Shown one piece after another: positions 52,268 to 63,200 of a DNA stretch of 64,000 nt. Position 1 is the stretch's first letter, and each line of letters opens with the position of its first letter. The notes under the pieces were generated by a model that saw nothing but the letters and a program-made list of their open reading frames with translations, had not been told where the DNA came from and ran no database searches. The translations under genes and the position numbers were made by a program. The stretch spans positions 62,001 through 126,000 of the forward strand of contig RBZT01000313.1 of assembly GCA_003693705.1 (NCBI GenBank). Reading direction: 5' to 3'. The stretch is from Polymyxa betae A26-41 (taxonomy: Eukaryota > Protista > Endomyxa: Phytomyxea).

Positions 52268-54564
52268 CACCGCAAAATATGTCCATAATGGACCACAATG
52301 GAAAAAATTGTGGCGTTCAGAATGGAGGATCATGTTAGATCCGTTATGGTCCATAATGCGTCCCACAAATCCGGCCACAGTTTCATCCCATTATGGACCA
52401 CGATGCACTACCAGAGTAGTCCATTTTGGATTCACTTTCTGGTGCATTGTTTTGAGCAAAATGGTCGATCATGAGATATCTAAAATTGATTGATTGCCAA
52501 AACAAAATGGGCCTTTAACGAATTACAGAATGTTGCTTAATGTATTATCACTATCTATCAGATTGGCGGATATTTGAGAAATAAAACTTTGTATTATTAG
52601 AAATTACTAGTGCTATACGACTTCTGATTGTATGCTATGTCTACCGAATCCTAGAGTTCAAAAACAGTCGCGTCGGAGGCTCCAGATGCGGACGAGAACA
52701 AGGACAGAACCGATTTCTTTACTTGTCGGCTGTGACATTGTCTTCTTTCCGAACAACAGCTTTCGCACTGAAACCAATGTCAGCAGCAGTAAATCGGTAA
52801 ACAGACCTATGAATATCGAAATTTGGCATCACCCATGGATACCATTTAATCACCAAGGCAGCCTACAAGAGCAGCTTCAGTGAAACAAGTTTGTCCAAAA
52901 TTTCTTCAACTTAACCGCAAAAGTCGAAGAAATTTCATTGATGAGCGTCTTGAAATAGTAACCTATAAAATGATCAGCAGATCTTATTATTCAGTACAAT
53001 ACAGTAGTGATAAAAATGACTCCTTCCAACAATAATAACAATTAGGTAGGTAATTTAAGGACATTGAAAAATAAGCCCAATTTGTAACACCAAATTGCAA
53101 ATACTTAAACAGTATAAAAAACAGGATAACGATGACTGCTCACAATCTGATTAGGACCCTAACTGATCACAAATCGCAATGATACTCTTTCAGCCTATAG
53201 TTGCAATCCTTGTAAACTGAGCTTTACCTAAACACGCTTTCAATAATGAGTCAGTTATCAATATAAACATACTTTTGGTGACAACTAGAAATCAATCGTT
53301 AGCAATAAAGCTCTTTGAGACCTGTTTATGGCTCAGTTTGATGATGTAAAAAGATCTTAATGCTGAAGGAGGTCCATTTACCGAACATCAGGGCACCTTC
53401 GCCTAGTACTTAACCTCAGCGATGATGAGCACGTCCATCAGTCTGCTTTTCTGTCAATCAAGACATCAGCCAGCCCTTTCGCCGATGCTCCTTCTGTTGG
53501 AGATTAGTCTTAAGTTGCAACTTCAGCGGTGCCGGCACGAGCCACCAGTACCAAAAATGTTTGTTAAATGTGGAACTCTCCCTCCAAGCGTCACGGCACG
53601 CCAAGGGACACCTGCGACAATCTGCGCTTGGATTGTAATTAAGTTGGCAAACTTGGTTTATCTCGCTTGTCGTCAGTATGTTTCCAGAGTTATCTTATCC
53701 GTCGACATAACCACCTGTTTTTTATTCTGAGGTTGTCTTACAAACAGGAATTTACCCTAGATTTCTTAATCTTAACATATTTATTATTAGGTCCCATCAT
53801 AGAGAATATTTTTGTCACCCCATACAATTATATTGGGAAATTACTGGAAGTTTCAAAAAATCTCTTGGATATAGTAGCATACTTGAAGAGGGAAATATCA
53901 TACTCGACCATGACGGGCATACGGACGCGATTGACTCTTGAGGAGAAACTGGCGGTTATCGCCTCAGATTGCGGCAGCCAACGAACGTATTGAACAAAAA
54001 ATCGAAGCAGTGTAGTGGGCTTAGATAAGAAAACTAATAAACAACCCATATCGCTGCTTTACAGTTCCTCCAAGTAGTGACATAGTATCACTACAAAATA
54101 TTGCTCCTGCGATGTAGTGACAGGGGGTGTTACTATTAGTATATATGGGAAATATTATTGTGGAAGGGGTGGACGTCACTATTTGAAGGTGTCACTATAT
54201 GGAAAGATAGCTTTTTTAAAACCTAATCCTTCAGTGTTGTGTGAGAATATGTACAATAAAACTTTGCATTTATAATACCATAAAGAATTATCTGCGATTG
54301 TCCATTGTGAACCATAATGGTGATCGATAATGGAGCGACAACCCGATAATTCATGATTTCCATAATGGACCATAAAGGGTTGCGTAAAGACCCATTTTGG
54401 AATTCCATTATGAATTTTATAGATGTTCCATTATGTACCGGTACCATAATGGGACGTGTACTTAAAATTCCCATCATGACCCATAATGGACCACACAGCA
54501 AATCATAAAGGAAATACGCAAACAATTCTCCGCCATGATCCATATATGGTTTACTTGCGCGGTG
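52268..54564. mobile_element. Degenerate TIR DNA transposon relic (possibly hAT) with subterminal CCATAATGG repeat arrays
   Basis: Imperfect inverted ends: left caccgcaaaatatgtccataatggacca, right reverse complement caccgcgcaagtaaaccatatatggatca. Clusters of CCATAATGG/CCATTATGG-like motifs at 52280-52410 and 54275-54545. The interior is AT-rich and stop-ridden. No TSD seen. Confidence 0.5.
53790..54210 (+). mobile_element. pogo/Tigger-like transposon fragment (HTH_psq/CENP-B-type N-terminus), truncated; boundaries approximate
   Basis: ATG at 53910 reads MTGIRTRLTLEEKLAVIASDCGSQR, the R..LTLEEKL.II...G.S.R start typical of pogo-family transposases, then hits a stop. It is followed by repeated TAGTGAC/GTCACTA motifs at 54076-54200. 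Confidence 0.5.
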
Positions 54565-54798
54565 TTAGTATGGTTGGGATACACCTTTATGCGATAATAA
54601 TAACATCACTTTACTGATAGAACAGCAAAAATTGCGCCACGGAGTTTTAGGATTGGATTTTTGTTGTGTCCAAACATTGAAAGGCAACCTGAGAAATGTC
54701 ACACAGGTTCTTCATTGAGATAATCAATTAGCATCATTTTGCGATTGCAGTCTAGATCTCCGATTACCCGATTCAGATCGTGGGTGTCATCGCGCCTG

Positions 54799-55830
54799 AT
54801 GACAGCGACTACGGGCTCGCCTCAGGATTCGGACCAGGATGATATCGATCCATTGCATGATAATGGATGGTCAACCTATGAACTTCCCTTACCAGAGTTC
54901 GGAAATCGAATCCCGAGGCCAACGTCATTGACTATGACGACATCCAAAAAATACAGAGAACAAGAACAGATCAATTACAGCGATATGCCTTCAGACCCTT
55001 CGAGACGGATGGAGACCCTTTCATTTCGACATTTTTCACTTTATTGCCAGTGTAGGAGGACTCATCATTCGTTATTTGATGCATAGTAATGAGTATCCTC
55101 ATCTAGTTATGAAAGGCTCTATAGATCAGCATAAATGCAGGCGATGTTGGTTTCTGCAAGAGAACTGTAAGGTGTTGCATTCTGCCAACTTTGTGTGAAT
55201 ATCGGCAATAGGTATCTGTGATCTGTTTCGTAAAGTCTCAGATTCAGTGTTCTTTCCTCATTCAGTAGTTCTATTGTTGCATTTTAGAGGTTTGCAGGCT
55301 GCCGTCGTCACATCCAATCGAGCATTTATTCTCTTTTAGAACTGAATCGATCATCGAATTCCGGCCGCATTCTTCTTTCAGCCAAATCGAACCGAGCGTT
55401 CGTATTCGGCATGCCAAGGCACGAACAAGCTCTTGTCCGGGCCCTGGAAGAAGATAAACGCCAGACCATCATCTTATGGCCAGGACCGGAGTCCATGACT
55501 ATCGATGAATTGGCGAAAGTTGATGGAATAGATATCAAAGCGCCTTTCCAGATCGTGGCCCTAGATGGAACTTGGTCGAATTCGAGGGCTATGAATAAGA
55601 AGCTACCGAAATCGATCCCCAGGGTGCGCCTCAGCAATAGCCATCGCCAGGAATTCGGCGGCGCTCGGAAACACTCCAATAAGGTGCACATATGCACAGC
55701 TGGCGCTTGCCTGCACGTCCTACGAGAACTCGGCGTTCACAGCGACCAGCTTCACCCGCTGGCCGATGCCATCAACGGCTCGTTTGACAACTACGCCGCC
55801 CAGCTCCGTCGTCAGCGATTGAGGGATTAA
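54799..55830 (+). CDS. DTW-domain protein (tRNA-uridine aminocarboxypropyltransferase-like); multi-exon
   Basis: CRRCWFLQENC|ICD zinc motif, LLHFRE..RSSNSGRIL, ILWPG and IVALDGTW. Confidence 0.85.
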
Positions 55831-56415
55831 AATGATGGAATCAAAAACCTCAGTTTCAGTATGACAGTGACGGTTTATGTTACATGTGACAATGAAGTAA
55901 TCGAGGACTTGTAGTAGCGCGACCCGCTGTTCTTTTTATAGAATCAGATGACCATTGCTCAGTTGGTCTTAACACAACGTCGGCACCAATATATCTGATG
56001 CGTGACATTTGTATCAGAGCAAAACGCGAGGGGTTAGAGCATAGCATTTGATGGCGTTCAGAATCACAGATGACTCGATGGAATATTTTTATTTTTCAAG
56101 AGTATTCATGCCACGCTTATGTAATTGCAACTTCTCAGAAATTGGCAGTTCATCTCGAAGTTTCATGTTCCGCCAAAGCGGTTTGAACGCCTTCTAGCGC
56201 TGTATTTGTTCGCAATCCTGGTAAGGGTAGGAGGTCCGCGTCTCCGCAAGACAATGGTGCCCGTCGCCATGTTCATTGTAATGTAAACTGCTCAGGTCTT
56301 CGAGGTTCTGTCAGACTTTGACGTCGTGCGTGGATCGTATTGCGCGTCGCCGTTAATGGCTCCACAGGTGACCACTCATCTCAGGCCCCCATTTGTCTAT
56401 CTATATTTCTTCATC

Positions 56416-57692
56416 ATGCCCAAATCGCTCGTTATGCTCGTCCTCGCTCTCACGATCGTGTGGATATCGGAATTTCAGCCTGTGATGTCGTCGCCGTCTG
56501 CCAACCGGGATCCGGCACCGGCTTTGACAGGAATCAAGCTGTTCCTGCATAATACCTTTCACGCTATTGCTAGAGCGTTACGGCTTGTACGAGATGACAT
56601 TATTCATATGTGGAATTGTGTAGTGAACAGGAAAAGAAAGATAGAAATCCCTCATGGCTGCATTGCTCGGAATCTAAGCGAGAACCACACCGTTATGCCA
56701 TCGGCACCAATTGATGAGATTGTGAAAGATGGCACTGACGATCTCCATACAAGCAGCAGTCGCTCGCTACAGCAGTCGCATTGTCTTCTGAATCCTCAGC
56801 ATTTGAATGACGTGATCGGCAATCTTGCTGATTACGAAAGATTCGACCCATTCGTGCTAGAAGGTTACAATACCGATGAGATCCTGCAAGCGTTGCGCCA
56901 CGACAACTTTCTCAACAACGTCTGTCTGAGGAGCGCCGAAGGCATCGAACTGAAATCCTGGATACCTGAAGGTTAGATCGGTTCTAGAATCGATTGGCAA
57001 ACCCTAATGATCATTGATTTCCAGGTCCATGGTATAGAAGAATGTGTTGCGGTAAGACTAGGAAAGAAATGATGGTTCAACCCGAATTCAAGCAAACGCA
57101 CAGGCGAGAATATTGATTTGATTCACGATCGGCTGTTGCTGAATGCCTTCACAGATATGGATATCTATCAGAGAACAGTGCTGTCTATATAATAGATCAG
57201 CAAGTTTATGTAAATTTCAAAATGATGTCTGCTACATTCTACGTCACTGTTATCATCCACATTGATCCGCTGTCTTCGTCAACAGCCCAGCTAAGCGTGG
57301 CATTGAAGATCACGGCTTCTGGATCGCGGTTGATTCTCATGCGAGGACTACCCAAGGCGAAAGAGCTCGCTAGGATTGACTACCGCAACGTTCAACCAGT
57401 AGTCTCTAAGATCCTGGAAAGCAATATTGCATTCAGAAGACCGGACAAAGGGATCGTTGTTGAGGAGTTAGATATCGAGTCACCTCAATCAAGCAATCAG
57501 TACGACTTAGATGCATCAAGTGAACCTGACAGCTCGAATGATGCTGAGAGCAGCTCTGCTGCCACACCTGAACTTCTGAGGACACAATCAATCTACAGCT
57601 TGCATTTAGTAAGCGCAAAACAGATTGTTTCATCTCTTTTGGCATTCTTATTGTCGTTATCGTTTGCAATTGTCAAACTTAGCAGCAGTTGA
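56416..57692 (+). CDS. Putative secretory/membrane protein with VASt/StARkin-like domain and C-terminal hydrophobic anchor; 3 exons
   Basis: N-terminal hydrophobic MPKSLVMLVLALTIVWIS. Introns 56972-57023 (GT-AG) and 57104-57154 (GC-AG) join a continuous frame ending IVSSLLAFLLSLSFAIVKLSSS*. The domain call is by pattern only. Confidence 0.6.
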
Positions 57693-57725
57693 ACAGTCTC
57701 CATAAATGAAAATGTATTATGATGT

Positions 57726-59012
57726 CTAATACGCCTGGATGTAAATCGGGTTTGAAGCAATAGAACACTTTCCTGGTGAATTGCTATTTGTAGACCTGGT
57801 TATTTTCAAATAACCATCTTCTCCCCAACCATTGCCCCAAGTATTGCCAATCTTCCAATACAGCTCACCTGTTCCTGCATCCTTCCCATATCTAACACAG
57901 ATAATCAGCTCGATCGAGCACCAATACCGCCGTACTTACCCGACAATGACAATGGCATGGGTGGCATCCCCCGAACATGCTCCATTGTAGATACCAGATG
58001 CATAGAACATAATCCCGGGATCATTGATGCTAATATACGATATAATCGGCTGAGTAAAAACAGCCAGCTATAGAAGTGAGCCAATACGAACAGATCATCA
58101 ATAACTCTTTCAACCTTGAGATTATATTCGTTTGCTCGGTCCAGACCTTGGAAGGATTTGATTTTGAGCAAAGGAGGACACCGATTATCATGACACGAAT
58201 CTGAACTCCTTCCTGTAAATGGATAGATCTCAGCAGGACATAATCCAGGACCGTTCATCGCATATCTGATATGAGAGATCGATCAGAGGTGAATCGAAAC
58301 TGATTCAGGATCGACTCCTACCGCAAAGCGCCGCGAACATCGCCTTGCAAACAACCATTGCTTCCAAGAGACCGCGTGCAATCGATTAGCTGTTGTGTGG
58401 AAGGTGGAATCAGCTCGCCATTGCGTATAGCCCAGGAGCTCTAGACGTCATAATCAGACAAACATTGCGATTGTTGTTAAGACGACTTGAATAGCAGCAG
58501 CCGATACTTGAGCGTAATTGGAGCGGCACTTCCCCTGATCGTTCATGTTGATGGCTCCAACAGCAGCCCAATCAACAGATTCCGGAATCGCTCCCAGCTC
58601 AGTCTCCTGCAATTCCAATAATTGATCCGAATTCTATCAGAGGGTTTGTCAGGATTTGCTGAAATGAGCCAGTAAACACTAACTGAAATCTGATTTGAAG
58701 GGGACGATGCGAACCAAGTTACAAACTCTTCGAGCGTCCAATCTCCGAACTGGTTCATTGCCATGAGATGGGAGCTTTCAGGATCATTATTATGCAATTT
58801 GATTAGTTCGAGGTTTGCACTATAGATTCCATAACGTTGTGATTCTTCGCTACTATTGCAATAATGCTATTTGCAAGTCAGCGATAGAATTCGTAGTTTG
58901 CTAGTTGCGCTTTCACCTTCCCGTATTGCGATTTGAACGTATGGAAATCGCTCAAATCACTGAAAGCGACTCCCCAGGTTAAGATGAGAAAAGCCGCTGT
59001 CAGGCCCTGCAT
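57726..59012 (-). CDS. Papain-family (C1A, cathepsin L-like) preproprotein, predicted catalytically inactive; multi-exon
   Basis: Signal peptide MQGLTAAFLILTWGVAFS and I29 prodomain (MNQFGDWTLEEF). Mature domain has DWAAVGAI..DQGKCRSNYA, STQQLIDC..GC, FYASGIY, THAIVIVG|YG and YWKIGNTWG.GWGEDGY. Confidence 0.9.
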
Positions 59013-59105
59013 CTCGCCTACTGATAATTCCAGCGAGCACGTGCCCGATATTCTGTATTGGAAAGAGTCGTATATCATTGGTAATTTGCAATATTCCGAA
59101 GCACT

Positions 59106-60056
59106 TCATTCGACAAAAGCTTCATCGTATTGTGCGCCGCCTTTGCGAGAGCGTTGCTTACGTCTCCAAGCCTGATAGGCTTTAATATCCCATAGGTTCA
59201 TCTGCATATATGAATCCCTTCGATGTTCCGGTATGCGATCCCACTGCTTTTCGGATAATCCTAGATTGTAGCGAATCAGGAACAGCTTCTCAGCTTCGCC
59301 GTATTCGCATCGCAGAATCGTGAATTTTGCGAACCAATGAAGCGCCCAGATTATTTGGAGGAAAATACGTTTAGGCCAAGACAGCATCCTCACAGGCAAC
59401 AAATCTGACCACAAAGGAGCATGACCACTCCAATCGTCATGCTGGACAACGCTGCTGATTTCTTTGTCGGTTATCGTTAGAGCAAAATCAGCATCATATT
59501 CCCGGCGTTTTCTTCCGTTCGATTTCTTGGGATTAGCTGGAGCGGATTCCCCTCGAAGCGCACGAACACGTTCTTGAACTTGAGCCTCATGAATAAGTCG
59601 CTCGCGTAGATCAGTGTAAGATGATTTCTTGTAGATGAAGTCAGCAACCGTAGCTGTCAACAAGATCATACAGAACACGGAAAATAAAGACTCTTGGTGT
59701 CCAAAATAATTACGTTTGACCCATGTGGCGTAGTGCAAATAAAATCGCTCGGGATGGTCTAAGAATTCATTATATTCTTTGCGAACAGCCTCGTCTTTTA
59801 GCACATTGTACGCCAGGGATATCTCATGAAATTTCGAGCCGTTCTCGTCTGAGTCTCCTGACAATTTATCAGGATGATATTGCTGGCTCAATTTTAGATA
59901 GGCTTTGCGAATATCGGCTGGCGTCACATTCTCCCGATTCAACTCGAGAATCTCATAGCAATTCTTATCATGACAGTACATTTCGAGATCTGACCAAGCC
60001 AGTTGTACGAGGAACAAGGCCACGATCAGCCATGGCGATAGACGTCTGAGAACCAT
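59106..60056 (-). CDS. DnaJ/Hsp40 protein, DNAJC25-like, with signal peptide and TM segments; intronless
   Basis: MYC..KNCYEIL...YHPD J-domain, followed by hydrophobic segments and the EYGEAEKLFLIR..LGL...W motif of DNAJC25. Confidence 0.88.
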   Translation of the reverse strand: MVLRRLSPWLIVALFLVQLAWSDLEMYCHDKNCYEILELNRENVTPADIRKAYLKLSQQYHPDKLSGDSDENGSKFHEISLAYNVLKDEAVRKEYNEFLDHPERFYLHYATWVKRNYFGHQESLFSVFCMILLTATVADFIYKKSSYTDLRERLIHEAQVQERVRALRGESAPANPKKSNGRKRREYDADFALTITDKEISSVVQHDDWSGHAPLWSDLLPVRMLSWPKRIFLQIIWALHWFAKFTILRCEYGEAEKLFLIRYNLGLSEKQWDRIPEHRRDSYMQMNLWDIKAYQAWRRKQRSRKGGAQYDEAFVE

Positions 60057-60244
60057 AGTGTTTGCTATGGCACCATATAAAGATGTGTGTATAGGGACAG
60101 AGAGAGAGGACGAGCGGGCAGGAGGCAGCGATGTATCAGGTCACGTCTACAGGCAGCATAGATACCGCTGTAACATTACATTTCTACGGGAAAAAATGGA
60201 GTTCTCAGTATCATTTCTATCTGTATTTCACTATAGTTATTCCA

Positions 60245-63200
60245 TCATTCTGCTAGCTTTAACCTTTTCCTACGAAATCGTCCTCGTTTCGGTTTTCGAA
60301 CAGGGCCCTCAGGAACGACAAATGGCCATTTCAGTGATGTTTCTTCCGTGGCACTTGGATGGTAGGCTTTCGCCCGTGGATGTGGCAAAATTGAAATCAT
60401 GCTGTATTGGTTCTGGATCAAACCGAATACGTCCTCTTTAGTCATTTCATGATCGGCACCCTGGCGAATCAAAGCTTGTCGATTGTACTCTGTTAATTGG
60501 TCAATTCCATTAAACTTGATTGGAACGATATCTTCATCCTCATTGGTCGAATGCCTTTTTTGCAGTTGAAATGTTTGCATGAAACTTTCTAGACGCTGTC
60601 GAGTTTGTGCCACTCGATCCATATCCTTCTGGAATGCATCTAGGCTTTCAGCAATGCCTGCATCCAGTTCTAATGATTTTCTTTCAAGCTGTTCCAACTC
60701 TGATTCGTCCTGTAGGATCTTACAAATCTCGCGTATGGACTCTTCCGATAAAGTGGATATGTTGATGGTTGTGAGAACGTCGCGGCACGATTTGGGTTCT
60801 TCACATCCTACAACCTGCATTAACCGGCGTTGGATTTCGCTCCGCCTATTTGAATATAATGTTTTTTGGGCTTCCAGATGGTTTTGGTGGTCGTCTCGTA
60901 GGTTCGGGCTTCTTATTGGAGCAACCTTGCTCGACATTTGCTCGGTTTCTAACATAATTTTCGTGTGATGCTGCTGTTCCCAGAGCTTATATGGAGGCGG
61001 CTCGTCTGCTGGTCCAGGATCCTGCCGGAGCCATATTGCATCCATGCTTTCTAACCAGTCTTGCACTTCGATTTCAAATTCTAACTGAATTTGATCGATG
61101 TGACGCTGACGCCGTTCAAATTCACGTCCGAAGCTTAACAGAAATCCTTGCCATCGCCAAGGGCCTTCCCAGTGCTCTTGGGGTTGTCGCTCTGCTGCAG
61201 CAGTTAACGAAACCGGCGGTGGTTCATTCGATCGTCCATCCTCAGCCCAAACCCGCCAATGGAGTCGTAGCTTCGCTAAATGAGATTGGAACATTTCTTG
61301 CCGCGCTTGATGGGTAGTTTTTATGCTTGTATCTAATGCTACTTCAATATCTTTGATGTGAGCAGATTCGAGCAATTGGTTCTTTTCCGTCAATTCTTTT
61401 TGTCGTTGGGCCTCATCGTTAGCTGATTTCAGCTTTGCGATAGCAAGAGTCTCTTTGATCCAGTTAGAACGCTCTTCATTCCACTCGTTGTCTAGGGCCA
61501 TAAGATCCTTCATCATCACATCAAATAAGGTCGGGGTATAAACAGATATAAATTCCACGATATCACTCGATGGGATGCTCCACTCCAGAGCGTCGCCAAT
61601 ATTGTGAACAGCCTCGTAACACGAAGCAGGTACAGGAAGCGATTCAACACCCTTGGAATGTCTGAATCTTTGCCATGTCCATTGCAGCAGCTGCTTCACA
61701 TACGCCTTGCGTTTGAGGCCGCTTCGTATGTGTTGGCACCAGGGAATCGCATTCCATCCAATATATCGCAGTTTCGCAGCATAATCCAAGAACTGACAAA
61801 CTTTATCCTCGAACTTAATTGAGCAACGTAGCCGGCCATCTATCAATTGCAGCGGCAATAGACGATTGGAAATGTATTTGTCTTCAGGCTGTAAGTGAAA
61901 GAATTTGGATACCTCAATAATCGTTCCAGAAATGTTCCGGATAGCCCAAGATTCATTTTGGTGATTGCGACTGATCTTGAGAGCTTCCTCTAATGTGACA
62001 GCAACTAGCAGATTTCCGCTCTGAACAATCAAGTCAAGTACTGGAATATATCGAATACTCTCAGATGATATGTTCGGGGTATCTATCAAACCAACTGACA
62101 TATAGAGAGAAGAAGCGGGCCATGGCTCTTGCACCGAAAATAGCGATAATGATGCCAGGGGCCGGTAAGCAGGCAACCATGCTATCTGAGGCTGAAACGA
62201 ATGTTTACTGGGAGATAGCTGAGGTATCATGAATGTGGGAATGTGCTTGCAAAAGATTGAAGGAGATTCAGGTGTACGAGATTTTGCTTTCGTTTTCATT
62301 AGCGGCAGTGAGCCATGTAACCTCACTGGAATATATTTGGCAAGTTTCGACTTTAAAAACGTAATGTACTGAGAGGGAGATAGCCTGAAATCATTGATGG
62401 TTTTGCTTTTGGGCGAAACAAGAGCGAGACTGATGGCAATAAAGGTATTATGACTTGCAATGAGTGATATTCGGACAGTGCAGTTTTTTTGTTTCAGATG
62501 ATAAATGACCGGTTCGAGTTCATTGTAAGATAAGAATACATCGGCCAGGATAGTGACCCGAGAGGATTGCTGGATTTGGTGCAGTCCGACCAGTGAGCCG
62601 TTAATCAATACCACATTGGCCTGCTCCATGTCTAGATGCTTTACGCCGTAGCGTCCTCTGATCGACATCAAATTGTTGGAGGCATTGCAATAGGAAATAC
62701 TAGGCACTCCATTGACGAACAGGTATTCGGCGCCCTGGGCGATGTCCAGTATGCCAGTCACGTCGACTACAGCTTGATTTGAGCTAGGTTGAGTTTTTCG
62801 AAACGCCAGCACCCCAACTAAAGCCGAAGTCCAATCCGACCCCTTGCGGATATCAAGAGCTTCAATGCATTCGTTCAGCTCGAGCTGCTGCCGATATATT
62901 TTGTGAACATTTTTCAATCCTTGGATCCATTCAGGAGTTCCATTGACAGGTTCAGGTTGATAATGCTCGGGTAAATGACAACAGCACACGGGTAAGACAT
63001 CAGCAAGATAGCTCTGTTTATCGGCTGCTATCACTGTCAAACCGATAGTTATTTCAGCATCAGCGAAAACAGAATGCGGAACAAGAGGCACAGCTATCCC
63101 TTCATTCGATTTTGTGTAGTCACGACCGAAAGATAGCGACCAGCATTTCGCAATGTATGTATCGAGCCATTTTCTCGCACACTGTAAACGCTCGTTCCTG

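Noticed and set aside
52224-52493. Trp/His-rich ORFs at 52224-52493 and 54223-54543 that resemble each other
   Set aside because: Their similarity (HNGP, PLWSIM) is simply the translation of the CCATAATGG DNA repeats, so they are not genes.
55690-55715. DTW protein has CTAGA where many homologs have T.E
   Set aside because: The DGTW motif and zinc ligands are intact. Without an alignment the substitution cannot be called significant.
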